Source: Limisphaerales bacterium
GTDB lineage: Bacteria; Verrucomicrobiota; Verrucomicrobiia; Limisphaerales; JAJOIW01
Assembly: GCA_965657355.1 (NCBI GenBank)
Contig: CBFHOE010000010.1
Coordinates: forward strand, 32,001 to 96,000
DNA length: 64,000 bases
Direction: 5' to 3'
A program made the translations under genes and the position numbers. Positions 41,589 through 51,181 of the stretch are shown here, piece by piece. Positions within the stretch are counted from its first letter, which is position 1; every line of letters starts with the position of its first letter. The notes under the pieces are model-generated. The model worked only from the letters and a program-made list of their open reading frames with translations, had not been told where the DNA came from and searched no databases.

Positions 41589-42677
41589 TTATGGAACAAG
41601 CTCGATCCGAAAATTGGGTATGGTCGACTGCCCCAGTTCCATGAGTTCTGCATTGTATATCAATTCGCCAGCTGATTCAGGGAATGGATTAAACCCAATA
41701 CTCTCTCTCAGCTCGTTCGCTCGTTTCAATGTATACGCATCCAACGCGACGGGATCTCTGCTTATCCAAAGCTCGGAAACAGGAGGGTGGTAATGGATTT
41801 TTCCTGGTCTATTTCCCACAACAGAGCCAATCAAAGCATCTGTGATAAATAAGCATGTCTTATCCGCAAGTGGCTCCAACGCGTAGATTTCTGGCACAGC
41901 TTCAGCCAGAATGGCAGGATGGGTTAAAAATCGATTAAAGTTATCGACTCCGGAGTATGCCAAAGAGTAAAGGTGCCCCCGAATTCCAGCTACTCGATCC
42001 GAAGCCAATGACCCGACTTGGATGACCCGATCAAATCGATTGATAAGAAGCTTAGAAACATACGAAAGGCGCCCAGCTGATGGCTCCTCGCTCCCAAACT
42101 CCACATCACTCCAAATGAGAGTTCCTTTAACAGGAGATTCATATGTTTGTTCTGAATCATAACCTCCATTAACCGCGTAGAGGAAAGATTTTGGGTCAAG
42201 AATCCCTTGCAATTCACTTTTTAAAAAAGAAAGGTCGTTGGGGTTTCGAGACCACAGAAAAATTTGGTCTTTTGAGATACCAGAACTTTGAAGTCCTTGA
42301 ATAAGACTTTCTACAATCGGCGCCAGAGTAGAGTTATCACTCCATCCATCAGGGGCAATAAAAACCCCAACCCTCTCTCCCGGAGCAGCAATTTTCTCCC
42401 ATCCAGACTTTAATGAATCGCTTTTAGTCAGAGAGAGTATACCAGACTGGACCATGCTTTTTATAACCTCAGACTGGCCTTGAAATTCGACGACTGCATT
42501 TTCTCTCTCCAATCGGATGATTCTGCCCAAATCTTTCTCGCCGGGAGGCCCGATAACTGGCCTTTCGACCTCATTAGCACTGGGTGTTTGATCACTGCCA
42601 ACAGCCACAAGGCGGCAAAGAAGGAATATCATCATTCCTAATAACCTGATTTTTAGATTGGGCCGCCGGATATTCAT
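41589..42677 (-). CDS. DUF362-like exported protein
   Basis: Signal peptide; PGERVGVFI; VESLIQGLQSSGISKDQIFLW; AGIRGHLYSLAYSGVDN; ITDALIG; SRDPVALDA. Confidence 0.65.
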   Translation of the reverse strand: MNIRRPNLKIRLLGMMIFLLCRLVAVGSDQTPSANEVERPVIGPPGEKDLGRIIRLERENAVVEFQGQSEVIKSMVQSGILSLTKSDSLKSGWEKIAAPGERVGVFIAPDGWSDNSTLAPIVESLIQGLQSSGISKDQIFLWSRNPNDLSFLKSELQGILDPKSFLYAVNGGYDSEQTYESPVKGTLIWSDVEFGSEEPSAGRLSYVSKLLINRFDRVIQVGSLASDRVAGIRGHLYSLAYSGVDNFNRFLTHPAILAEAVPEIYALEPLADKTCLFITDALIGSVVGNRPGKIHYHPPVSELWISRDPVALDAYTLKRANELRESIGFNPFPESAGELIYNAELMELGQSTIPNFRIELVP

Positions 42678-42725
42678 CTTTTCTATTCGTATTTGGCTAA
42701 AATATCGGTATAAAGGATAAGAGAG

Positions 42726-44771
42726 GTGCCAATGCTGGGAAGCAAAAAATTACTAATGAGCCTGAAAAATTTTCAGATGAATTTGAGGATACTTGAGTTA
42801 TTTCCGCTCTCCTTCCTCTTAGTCTTACTGTGCTCTTGTGGGAAACCCCCGATGGCAGAGTTTCGTGAAGGTGAAAAATTATTGGCTCAAGGGAAATACG
42901 TAGAAGCGGCACAATCACTAGAAAGGGCAGCCCAGGCCCTAGATTCAAATGTAGACGCATGGAACAAGTTTGGTCTGGCGCTGCAATACCAGAACAAATT
43001 GCTTGAAGCCCAATCGGCATACCAAAAAGCCTTAAAAATAGATTCAACCTTCCCTGATACTTACTACAACCTCGGGAATTTATTTCTGGATATGAATGAG
43101 CTTGAGGATGCGATAAAGCACCTTCAAAACTTCACGTTCATGGTGCAAGAGCCGCATGGTTACCTCGCGCTGGCCATCGCCCAAAGAAAAAATAATCAAA
43201 TTAACGAAGCGCTCATGAGCCTGAAAGCTGCTGAAGCACTCGACAAAGAAGATTTAAAGATAAAGCATGAGATGGCTCTGGCATACTACGAAGACAATAA
43301 ACCAGATGTCGCGATGAGATATTTATCGGAGATCATGGAGTCGGATTCCAACTTCGCTCCCGCCGTCCTGACAATGGCTATCATATCTCAAAATATAACC
43401 ACGAACATCACAACGACTATTGATTACTATCAGAAGTATTTAGCTCTGAACCCTCCACAGGATAAGGCGGACCAAGTTAAAGCATTGCTGGATTCATTCA
43501 AAAACACGAAAGTTGGAGAAGATCCAGTATCAGCTACAGAGAATCAAACGGAGACCATCATTGGGACCAATGATCTGGAGGTTGCTGAAGTTCCTGTTAC
43601 AGCGAACAATCCTGATAACAATTTGGAACCTGAGAATGCCGTTGAAAATATCGATGATAACCCAACCATCAATGACACATTGGACCCAAGGGTTGCGATA
43701 TTAGGTCTCGCCAAACCTGAAACTGAAATAAAGCCGAAAACATTACAAATCAAGCCGGCAATTCCTCAAGCGCGTGGGGTATCCAAAGAGGTAGATGGAA
43801 AAGAGTTTCCGCTCATTCCTATTGATCCGGCGCCAACCATGCCTGAAATGGAGCCGACTAAAGATGTCGCATTGAACTATCCTTATGAAGAAATCCAGGA
43901 GCTTTTGAAGTCAAACGAACAAGTGCTCGCCGCATATGGCCTGTCAATTGCCAAATCACCAGAAACTGCTCCCGAAGGATTTTACAGGAATAGGCCTATT
44001 CCCGAAGGAATAACTCCACTAGAGCCATTGAAATTGCCCGATAGTGATGCTCTCCTTCGACTATCCAATGGAAATACAACTACTTTAAGCGAACCAATAG
44101 AAACAAATCCTATCGAGCAAGAATCGGGGACTGTAGCTGAGGTTGAAGTGACCTCAAACAACGAACTTACAGAACAACCCGATCCCATCGAACAAGAAGT
44201 CGAAAAAGTTAACATTTCTGTAAAGCAACCTCTAGACCTCTCGTCTTTCCCGAAATACCAATTTGAAAAACCTTCAACGCCGTCAGAGGGTGACCGTTAT
44301 GGAGCACGCCCATTTTTCTTGGACGGAGTCCAGGCGTATAAAGCAAACCAAATCCCACTTGCGATTAACTTTTTTGAAGATGCAGTTAATAAGGATCCTG
44401 CCTACTTCGAAGCGCACTTCAATCTGGGCATTCTTTATTTACAAGCTAATTTGCCCGAAAAATCAATGCCTGCTTTGGAAAGGGCTCAATCGATTAGGCC
44501 CTCTGAATTTGAGGTAAATTATCATATTGGGAGAGCCTTGAGTAAACTCGGAAATGCTGGCGACGCTATTGAACAATTTGAAAAAGTAATATCCGAAAAC
44601 CCAAACCACATAGGGGCACACTTCGGACTGGCAAAGACCTATGACGAACAGGTTAAAGATTTAGGTAAAGCTGGAATGTATTACAAAAAAATTATTGAGA
44701 TCCAACCAGACCACCCTGAAAGCACGAATATCAGGTATTGGATCAAGGCAAACAGTATAGACGATAAATAG
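42726..44771 (+). CDS. Tetratricopeptide-repeat lipoprotein with a central low-complexity linker (start may be 42732 or 42777)
   Basis: Lipobox-like LLCSC; TPR units (AWNKFGLAL, TYYNLGNLF, AHFNLGILY, VNYHIGRAL, AHFGLAKTY) at both ends; P/E-rich middle. Confidence 0.85.
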   Translation: MPMLGSKKLLMSLKNFQMNLRILELFPLSFLLVLLCSCGKPPMAEFREGEKLLAQGKYVEAAQSLERAAQALDSNVDAWNKFGLALQYQNKLLEAQSAYQKALKIDSTFPDTYYNLGNLFLDMNELEDAIKHLQNFTFMVQEPHGYLALAIAQRKNNQINEALMSLKAAEALDKEDLKIKHEMALAYYEDNKPDVAMRYLSEIMESDSNFAPAVLTMAIISQNITTNITTTIDYYQKYLALNPPQDKADQVKALLDSFKNTKVGEDPVSATENQTETIIGTNDLEVAEVPVTANNPDNNLEPENAVENIDDNPTINDTLDPRVAILGLAKPETEIKPKTLQIKPAIPQARGVSKEVDGKEFPLIPIDPAPTMPEMEPTKDVALNYPYEEIQELLKSNEQVLAAYGLSIAKSPETAPEGFYRNRPIPEGITPLEPLKLPDSDALLRLSNGNTTTLSEPIETNPIEQESGTVAEVEVTSNNELTEQPDPIEQEVEKVNISVKQPLDLSSFPKYQFEKPSTPSEGDRYGARPFFLDGVQAYKANQIPLAINFFEDAVNKDPAYFEAHFNLGILYLQANLPEKSMPALERAQSIRPSEFEVNYHIGRALSKLGNAGDAIEQFEKVISENPNHIGAHFGLAKTYDEQVKDLGKAGMYYKKIIEIQPDHPESTNIRYWIKANSIDDK

Positions 44772-44819
44772 ACTGTGCCACCCTCAGTAAACTTCAAAAC
44801 TTTAAGCCCATACAATCAT

Positions 44820-44860
44820 AAAAAAACCCAATGGTTCCATGTATTTTAGAACCATCAGGT
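44820..44860 (-). terminator. Probable intrinsic terminator for the NIPSNAP gene
   Basis: ACC-CA-ATGGTTC / GAACCAT-CA-GGT stem with an adjacent A run (U tract on the minus strand). Confidence 0.45.
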
Positions 44861-44896
44861 CATATTGTCTAAATCAAATAATTTCTAAACGAGAAA

Positions 44897-45679
44897 TTAA
44901 AGCTGGCTATACGGTTTTGCCACCAAGAAAGTTTGATGAATCTTTGAAACAGTTTGAGCGTATTGTTCTTCTTTACTCATCGCCTTCCAATCCGGATGGT
45001 CTATGAATTTTTTCCAGTTAGCATCTCTTTCCTCCATATCTTTGAAGGAGGCCATGTAAACCAGATTTGGAGCGTTTTTACCCGCTAGCACGTGCCCAAA
45101 GAAAATACCATCCAATCCTGTTTTATTAAAAATATCAATTTCACCATCATTAAACATTTGAACCTTCATCAGGCCTTTATACTCGCTAAAACTTTCATAG
45201 TCTCTGAGTTCGTATAGTTTGTCACCATCATGCGCTTTGGTTGCCTTAGGCCAGCCTGAAAAAGCTCCCATCAGAGTGATTTCAATCCTCTCATAAGCCT
45301 TCTGTTTTTTATTTTCTAGAAAAAGGTATTCAGCGCCATCGTTATGAAACTGAGTATCAGCAACAAGATTCGCTCCGTAGGTTGAGTAATGGTCTAATGA
45401 ATTGAATGGCACGAGAGCCCATATATGCAAACCATCCTTTTCTTTATCATGTGCCTCCCATACACCGACGTTTTTTACATCCATACGGTTTAATGCAGGT
45501 ATCAGGGCAGTCTTTAAATATTGGCTTACTTGATCGTGTTGTGCCTTATTACTGCATACATATTTCCTAAGCTCCAATATTTGCTGATGATGATCGGCCC
45601 GAAGGTTTGCAGCAGATAACGCAAATACCATGGCAAGAGCTGTAAGTGACAGAGTCTTTTGTATTGGTTGAAATTTCAT
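44897..45679 (-). CDS. Exported two-domain NIPSNAP family protein
   Basis: ORF track extends to 45751; the ATG at 45679 gives a signal peptide. ILELRKY and LYELRDY repeats; PNLVYM..F.DMEERDANWKKF..HPDW; PYSQL end. Confidence 0.85.
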   Translation of the reverse strand: MKFQPIQKTLSLTALAMVFALSAANLRADHHQQILELRKYVCSNKAQHDQVSQYLKTALIPALNRMDVKNVGVWEAHDKEKDGLHIWALVPFNSLDHYSTYGANLVADTQFHNDGAEYLFLENKKQKAYERIEITLMGAFSGWPKATKAHDGDKLYELRDYESFSEYKGLMKVQMFNDGEIDIFNKTGLDGIFFGHVLAGKNAPNLVYMASFKDMEERDANWKKFIDHPDWKAMSKEEQYAQTVSKIHQTFLVAKPYSQL

Positions 45680-45988
45680 CGGTATCGATGATCCTACACC
45701 AACAACGGTTGTCAACGTGAATAAGCAGTTCTTATACATTAAAACCTCCAAGCGGCCTCCGCTTCAGAAAACTAGAAAGGTCGTCATTTACCATATTCGG
45801 TTATTCCGATTTGTGTTATTGCATCATCTTTGCCGCACCCCATAAACACCACTGGACTACTACTCAATTCCGATCACCTGGACCGACTGGTGAATAACCT
45901 ATAAAAAATAAATGCAATCTATCGGATTATGAAATCCACACGCAATGACGCCAACCACAATGGCTGCCAAAAATCCCATTTTACAGGT

Positions 45989-46675
45989 TCACAATCTTGC
46001 CCTCTGGAGGCGGTCCAACTGCGTGGATGGAATGGCCTCATCGCAGTGGTTTGCTAAAATTCCCGTGGGGTTTTGGTCGAGTATTTTTTTGATACTCTGG
46101 CTCAAAGCGGCCTCATCAATATTTAGCCAAGGAAAGGGTTTCGTGACGCGCCATTTATAATTAACCACGAGATCACCAGAAAAAAGCAATCTACTTTCGG
46201 TCATTAAATAACTGAGGTGCCCTTTGGTATGCCCGGGTGTATGAATAGCTTTTAGGCCACCGAGACAATCAATGATGTGTCCATCATTAATATATCTATC
46301 AGGCTCACATGGGGTATACCCAAAAAGCGCCCTTCCTGTAAGTTCCAATCCTCCGCAAACCTTGGATAACCCTTTGTATGGATATTTACCGAGAAAATTT
46401 TCTTTGTCTCCAATATGGGCCACGATTGGCGCTTCGGAGAGTCGTTGAATGCCTGAAAGGTTATAAGCGTGGTCCAGATGACCGTGAGTCATAAGAATAG
46501 CTCTCAAGCCGCACCACTCTATACCCAATTCGCTTATCGTTTTGTTTAATTGGTGCAAATCGCCAACAAACCCTGAATCGATTAACCACCAGTGAGGAGA
46601 ATCAATAAGCAGATAGAAATTTGACATAGATCCACGAATCTGGATGACGTTATTCGTTATTCTGGTGAAGCTCAT
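45989..46675 (-). CDS. MBL-fold metallo-hydrolase
   Basis: LIDSG, THGHLDH, HTPGHTKGH, LFSGD. Confidence 0.9.
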   Translation of the reverse strand: MSFTRITNNVIQIRGSMSNFYLLIDSPHWWLIDSGFVGDLHQLNKTISELGIEWCGLRAILMTHGHLDHAYNLSGIQRLSEAPIVAHIGDKENFLGKYPYKGLSKVCGGLELTGRALFGYTPCEPDRYINDGHIIDCLGGLKAIHTPGHTKGHLSYLMTESRLLFSGDLVVNYKWRVTKPFPWLNIDEAALSQSIKKILDQNPTGILANHCDEAIPSTQLDRLQRARL

Positions 46676-47910
46676 AAGTTCAAAACACTTTCACTGGCAG
46701 AAACTCCAGCCAGCCTTCCGGTTGTCCAAGCAGCCTGAAAATTGAACCCCCCTGTGACTCCGTCAATATCCAAAACCTCACCAGCAAAAAACAATCCCTT
46801 GGTGAACTTACTTTCCATGGACCTAAAGTCGACCTCCTTCAAACTTACGCCGCCACAAGTGACAAACTCATCCTTATTCATACTCTTACCCGACACAGAA
46901 AAAAGAGAAGAGGATATCTGCTCCACGAGATTCTTTAGTTGCTCTTTGTTTAATTGAGCCCACTGTTTTTTGGGCTCAATCTCTGAAGCCAGAATTATTC
47001 TTTCCCAAATTCTTTTTGGGAGTGAAAACGGGCAACCACTTTCCAACCGTTTTGGACCATGTGATTTTCGAAATTCGTTCAATCTTTGCTGCGTTTCGTC
47101 TTGGCTTAAACCCCCAGTCCAATTGATTATGATTTGGAATTTATATTGAAGTTGCTGGAAATCTCTAGCCCCCAGAGAGGAAAGCTTTAAGATTGCGGGC
47201 CCGCTTAATCCCCAGTGAGTGACTAACATCGGACCTCTCGTTGTTAAACCTAAATCAGGGCAAGAAACGGCTACCTGGTTGACGCTAAGACCTTGTAGCC
47301 CATTAATTCTAGGATCTTTTATGTGAAAGGTAAAAAGAGAGGGTGAAAGCTTTGTGACCGTGTGTCCAAATTTTCGAGCTAATTTTAGACCTCCGCTCGA
47401 CTGCCCACCACCGGTCGCAATAATTACCGTTTTCGACCTAATTGTATTTCCATCGGATAGAGACAATTCAAAACCTTCGCCTGTATCTATTTTTGCAAAG
47501 TTTTCAACCGCGACTTTGGTGAACAGATTGACCCCTCCGTTACTAAGACATTTATTAAAACAATCAATGATCGTTTGGGAAGAATCGGTTGTTGGAAAAA
47601 TTCTTCCATCAGATTCAGTTTTTAGTGGAACATCATGGTTCTTAAACCATTCGACTGTATCGCTCGGTTGCCACCCGAAGAAAGGGCCAAGTAATTCTTG
47701 CCCACCCCGCGGATAGAATTTTACAAGCTCTTTTGGCGTAAAGCAGGAATGTGTGACATTGCACCTACCACCACCTGAGATTTTAACTTTAGAAAGTAAC
47801 TTACTCGACTTTTCATAGATAGATATTCGCAGTGAAGAGACATTCTCAATGGCAGAAATAGCAGCAAAGTAACCAGCCGCCCCACCCCCAATCACTACGA
47901 TATCCAACAT
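46672..47910 (-). CDS. HI0933/YhiN/BaiN family flavoprotein
   Basis: IGGGAAG, KVKISGGGRCNVT, GRIFP, IATGG, THWGLSGPAIL, VTCGGV, GEVLDIDGVTGGFNFQAAW. Confidence 0.92.
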   Translation of the reverse strand: MLDIVVIGGGAAGYFAAISAIENVSSLRISIYEKSSKLLSKVKISGGGRCNVTHSCFTPKELVKFYPRGGQELLGPFFGWQPSDTVEWFKNHDVPLKTESDGRIFPTTDSSQTIIDCFNKCLSNGGVNLFTKVAVENFAKIDTGEGFELSLSDGNTIRSKTVIIATGGGQSSGGLKLARKFGHTVTKLSPSLFTFHIKDPRINGLQGLSVNQVAVSCPDLGLTTRGPMLVTHWGLSGPAILKLSSLGARDFQQLQYKFQIIINWTGGLSQDETQQRLNEFRKSHGPKRLESGCPFSLPKRIWERIILASEIEPKKQWAQLNKEQLKNLVEQISSSLFSVSGKSMNKDEFVTCGGVSLKEVDFRSMESKFTKGLFFAGEVLDIDGVTGGFNFQAAWTTGRLAGVSASESVLNL

Positions 47911-47928
47911 CTCACCTACAAAATTTAA

Positions 47929-48384
47929 TTAAGACCCTATAGAAGTCTGTTTCTCTATCAATGCCTTCAGATTTTTGAGATCTCGGGTTGCTCGATTAGA
48001 GGCAGCATTCTTGAAAAAAAGCGCCATAAATCCTATGAAAAACTTTAGACTTCCCTTTGTATTAATTTCAGAAATCTGTTTCACCAAAGTCGAACCATGC
48101 TTTGTAATTTGAAAATGAAATGCCACTTTCAAATCAAAATTTTCACCGTTTATCTTTAAAGAGTAAAGAAATGGAGAATGATAATCTGAAATTATTCCAT
48201 CAATGCCATTTTGGCCGCTTAATTGTTTTAGGAATGCGGTGAATACAGAGCCTTGTTTTGCTGGTGCTTTATCATGAAATTCTATGTGGGAAATGTGCGA
48301 GCTCCATTCAGTGAAGTGCTCAGTAGTATAATCAAACACTTCTTTCATACCTCGTCGAATTTCGATGTTACCTTCCCATATCAT
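47929..48384 (-). CDS. SRPBCC (START-like) family protein
   Basis: IEIRR..KEVFDY....EW pattern; C-terminal DLKNLKALIE helix. Confidence 0.7.
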   Translation of the reverse strand: MIWEGNIEIRRGMKEVFDYTTEHFTEWSSHISHIEFHDKAPAKQGSVFTAFLKQLSGQNGIDGIISDYHSPFLYSLKINGENFDLKVAFHFQITKHGSTLVKQISEINTKGSLKFFIGFMALFFKNAASNRATRDLKNLKALIEKQTSIGS

Positions 48385-48385
48385 T

Positions 48386-49300
48386 TTATTTATTTCGAAT
48401 ATCCAACCAAAATTTCATTGTCTTAGAGACGAGTTCAGGCTTATCGATATGTGACCAATGCCCAGCATCTGGGATAGTCACCAATGTATAATCCTCGTTA
48501 ATCCAATCCCAGGTTCCGTTGAGACCATTTCTATGTAAAGCAGTGTCTTTCAGTCCATGAAATTGCAATACTGGCATCTCGACATTCGGCATATCCCATT
48601 TCAAATCTGAATAAGGTGGTTTTGGATAATTCTGTCTATAATAATTCATCATTCCCAAAGTGCTAGATCTCTTGAAAGCTTCCAAATACCTCTGAGTCGT
48701 TTTTTCATCTCGACCGACAAACTTTGCTAAGCCTTCTATATTTATAAATTTATGTGATTCGGGCTTCTGAAAATTTCTCGCGTACTCAGCATTCGCATAT
48801 TGTTCTTTATTATTTGCCAGCTCGCGTCTAAGCCCACGAGGGTGAGGGAGGTTTACTATGACCAAATTTTTGGTTGTCTCGGGATATGTTGTTGCGAATG
48901 TCCATGCGATCATCCCACCCCAATCATGGCCTACTATGATGGCTTCCTTACGATCTTCTGCGTCGACTACAGCTTTCACATCTTTGACAAGCAAACCCAT
49001 ATCGTATTCTTCCTGCTCGGTAGGTTTACTGGATTGGTTATAACCGCGCGTATCCATGGCAACGACTCTGTATGAATCCATCAGAGTTGTCATTTGATGC
49101 CTCCATGTATACCAATAATCTGGAAATCCATGAATGAAAACAACGAGAGGTCCCTCTCCGGATGCCACATAATGAATCTTTGCATTGCCACTTTGAACAT
49201 ATTTATCTTCTAACAAAACGCCGTTAAGCTCTGCGGACGATGCAGTGACATATGGAAAGAGAATAGAAAAGAAACCGAATAGGATAAAGAAATGACGCAT
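48386..49300 (-). CDS. Alpha/beta hydrolase, epoxide hydrolase-like, with signal peptide
   Basis: HGFPDYWYTWRHQ oxyanion motif; GHDWGG Asp nucleophile; NYYR; GLKD; AGHW. Confidence 0.88.
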   Translation of the reverse strand: MRHFFILFGFFSILFPYVTASSAELNGVLLEDKYVQSGNAKIHYVASGEGPLVVFIHGFPDYWYTWRHQMTTLMDSYRVVAMDTRGYNQSSKPTEQEEYDMGLLVKDVKAVVDAEDRKEAIIVGHDWGGMIAWTFATTYPETTKNLVIVNLPHPRGLRRELANNKEQYANAEYARNFQKPESHKFINIEGLAKFVGRDEKTTQRYLEAFKRSSTLGMMNYYRQNYPKPPYSDLKWDMPNVEMPVLQFHGLKDTALHRNGLNGTWDWINEDYTLVTIPDAGHWSHIDKPELVSKTMKFWLDIRNK

Positions 49301-49390
49301 GACTCAGAATATGAATGAGGTGCTTATCAATTTCAAGAGATCAAATTCAGATCCCAAATTGTTTTAGACCACACAAGTAGTGCGGTATAC

Positions 49391-49414
49391 AAAACCTTTC
49401 ACGCCGAAGGTTTT
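49391..49414 (-). terminator. Possible terminator hairpin
   Basis: AAAACCTT-N8-AAGGTTTT immediately past the stop codon at 49416. Confidence 0.35.
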
Positions 49415-49415
49415 A

Positions 49416-49838
49416 TTATTCACTCAGCTCGTCTCCGGTATTTTGCAATAGAGAGGAAAGTTTAGAAAAAACTTGTCTCGGTTCGTTGGTCTTGTTTGAT
49501 CGATTATAACAGATTGCAAATTCGAAAGCGTAAAGATCTTCTACATCCCCTGTCTCAAGGATGAGTGCCTTTGATTCGTTATCGTCTATTCGGATTTGAG
49601 AATCATAGGCAAAGACATATGCCAGGCAATCCTTGTAATCACTCACAATAGCTTGCCGAGCGATCTCTCTTATTTCATCCACTTCGGCGTCTGTCTCAAA
49701 CTGAAGAAAAGTGACTTCAGATCCATCATGGATAAAAAGGGAAGGATAAAAAACACCCGAATCTAATAGATCAGGAATAGCACTTTTTTCTGCAACCTTG
49801 AGGAGGTGATCCTGCTCACTGGAGATTGAAATTTCCAT
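49416..49838 (-). CDS. Hypothetical acidic protein
   Basis: ORF track extends to 49865; the ATG at 49838 is more plausible. Globular alpha/beta composition, no recognised motif. Confidence 0.65.
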   Translation of the reverse strand: MEISISSEQDHLLKVAEKSAIPDLLDSGVFYPSLFIHDGSEVTFLQFETDAEVDEIREIARQAIVSDYKDCLAYVFAYDSQIRIDDNESKALILETGDVEDLYAFEFAICYNRSNKTNEPRQVFSKLSSLLQNTGDELSE

Positions 49839-50116
49839 TTTTTTGAAAAAAATTACGAATACCACTTCCGAAAGTTAAAAGCCACGTGTCCTAGACAGCA
49901 TACCAATTCTGCAGTCGTCAAACTACGATCTTGTCGTTCCGGTCAAACAAAAAACTTAGCTCCTTTGACGATAAAATATCTTCTGCAAAGGCCGATTTTG
50001 ATTAAGCAAATGGTTTACTCCAGATATTTTTATTTTTCGAAAGGTATTCGGGTAAGATAAAGAATAAGGAATACGTTTCCTTAATGTCCAAATTGGGACA
50101 ATTAAAAAACCCCATA

Positions 50117-51181
50117 TTAATTTTGGACCGGATAAGAGCCGAGTATTTTCATGAAATGGCAGCACTCTCTTAATTCCTCGATGGCATTAGACGTCGGAGG
50201 CTTATCAAAGTGGCCTACGAAATCGACAAAGAATATGTACTCCCATGCTTTTCGTTTACTTGGGCGGCTCTCGATCTTGGTCAAATTCAGATCGTGCTTC
50301 TGGAAAATTCTTAATGCAGTGTGGAGGGCTCCAACTTCATGCCTCAGCGAAAACATAAGACTCGTTCTATCGCTCGCTGTGGGCGGGCTGCATTTGCGTC
50401 CTAATACGAAAAACCGAGTCACATTTGATGGGTTGTCCTGTAAACTAGACTCCAAAATCTCAAGGCCATATGTCTGGGCAGCTAACGCACTGGCTATGGC
50501 CGCAGCTTTGGGAGTCTCAGATACCTTTTGAGCCGCTCTTGTTGTTGAGGAAGACTCTATGATTTCCGCCTGAGGTAAGTTTTGCATAATCCACCCTCTG
50601 CATTGGGCCAATGCTTGAGGGTGCGTATATAAAACTTCAATTTCTGATCTCTTGAGGTTCCCAATTAAACAATGCTCTATGGGCATAACGATCTGAGCGA
50701 CAATCTTAAGTTCGCTGTCTATAAACATATCGAGCGTATGGGTTACGACCCCTTCAGTCGAATTCTCAATCGGAACAACTCCGTAATCTGCCCTTTGATG
50801 AGATACTTCATTAAACACATCGGATATTGTTTTTTGAGCGGCATAATTAAGGCTCGCTCCAAACCTTTTCTTTGCAGCCTGATGTGTGAAGGTTGCTTCT
50901 GGTCCCAAATACGCGATAGTCATTGATTTTTCCAGAGAAAGCGATGTCGACATGATCTCTCTGTAGATGGCGCGCATTGATTCCGCAGGAACAGGCCCAG
51001 GATTGGCTCTGCACACTTTATCGAGCACGGCTAATTCTCTGTGCGGAGCATAAATCTCCTCACCCTGTGCCATTTTAATTTCACCGATGGCTAGGGCGTG
51101 CTTGGTTCGTTCATTGAGGGCGTGGATTATTTCTTTATCCAACTCATCAATTTTTTGCCGATGGTGTTCAAGGTCTGCCAT
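50117..51181 (-). CDS. pheA: Bifunctional chorismate mutase / prephenate dehydratase
   Basis: RQKIDELD..I...LNER chorismate mutase domain; [48 protein letters not shown]. Confidence 0.96.
   Translation of the reverse strand: MADLEHHRQKIDELDKEIIHALNERTKHALAIGEIKMAQGEEIYAPHRELAVLDKVCRANPGPVPAESMRAIYREIMSTSLSLEKSMTIAYLGPEATFTHQAAKKRFGASLNYAAQKTISDVFNEVSHQRADYGVVPIENSTEGVVTHTLDMFIDSELKIVAQIVMPIEHCLIGNLKRSEIEVLYTHPQALAQCRGWIMQNLPQAEIIESSSTTRAAQKVSETPKAAAIASALAAQTYGLEILESSLQDNPSNVTRFFVLGRKCSPPTASDRTSLMFSLRHEVGALHTALRIFQKHDLNLTKIESRPSKRKAWEYIFFVDFVGHFDKPPTSNAIEELRECCHFMKILGSYPVQN

Noticed and set aside
42692..42720. Third sigma28-like site (ACCGATAT on the minus strand) before the DUF362-like gene
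   Set aside because: No TAAA-like -35 element at a suitable spacing.
49866..50165. ORF 49956-50165 and the 250-bp gap downstream of pheA
   Set aside because: The ORF overlaps the pheA 3' end, has no motif, and shows no RNA structure I can support.
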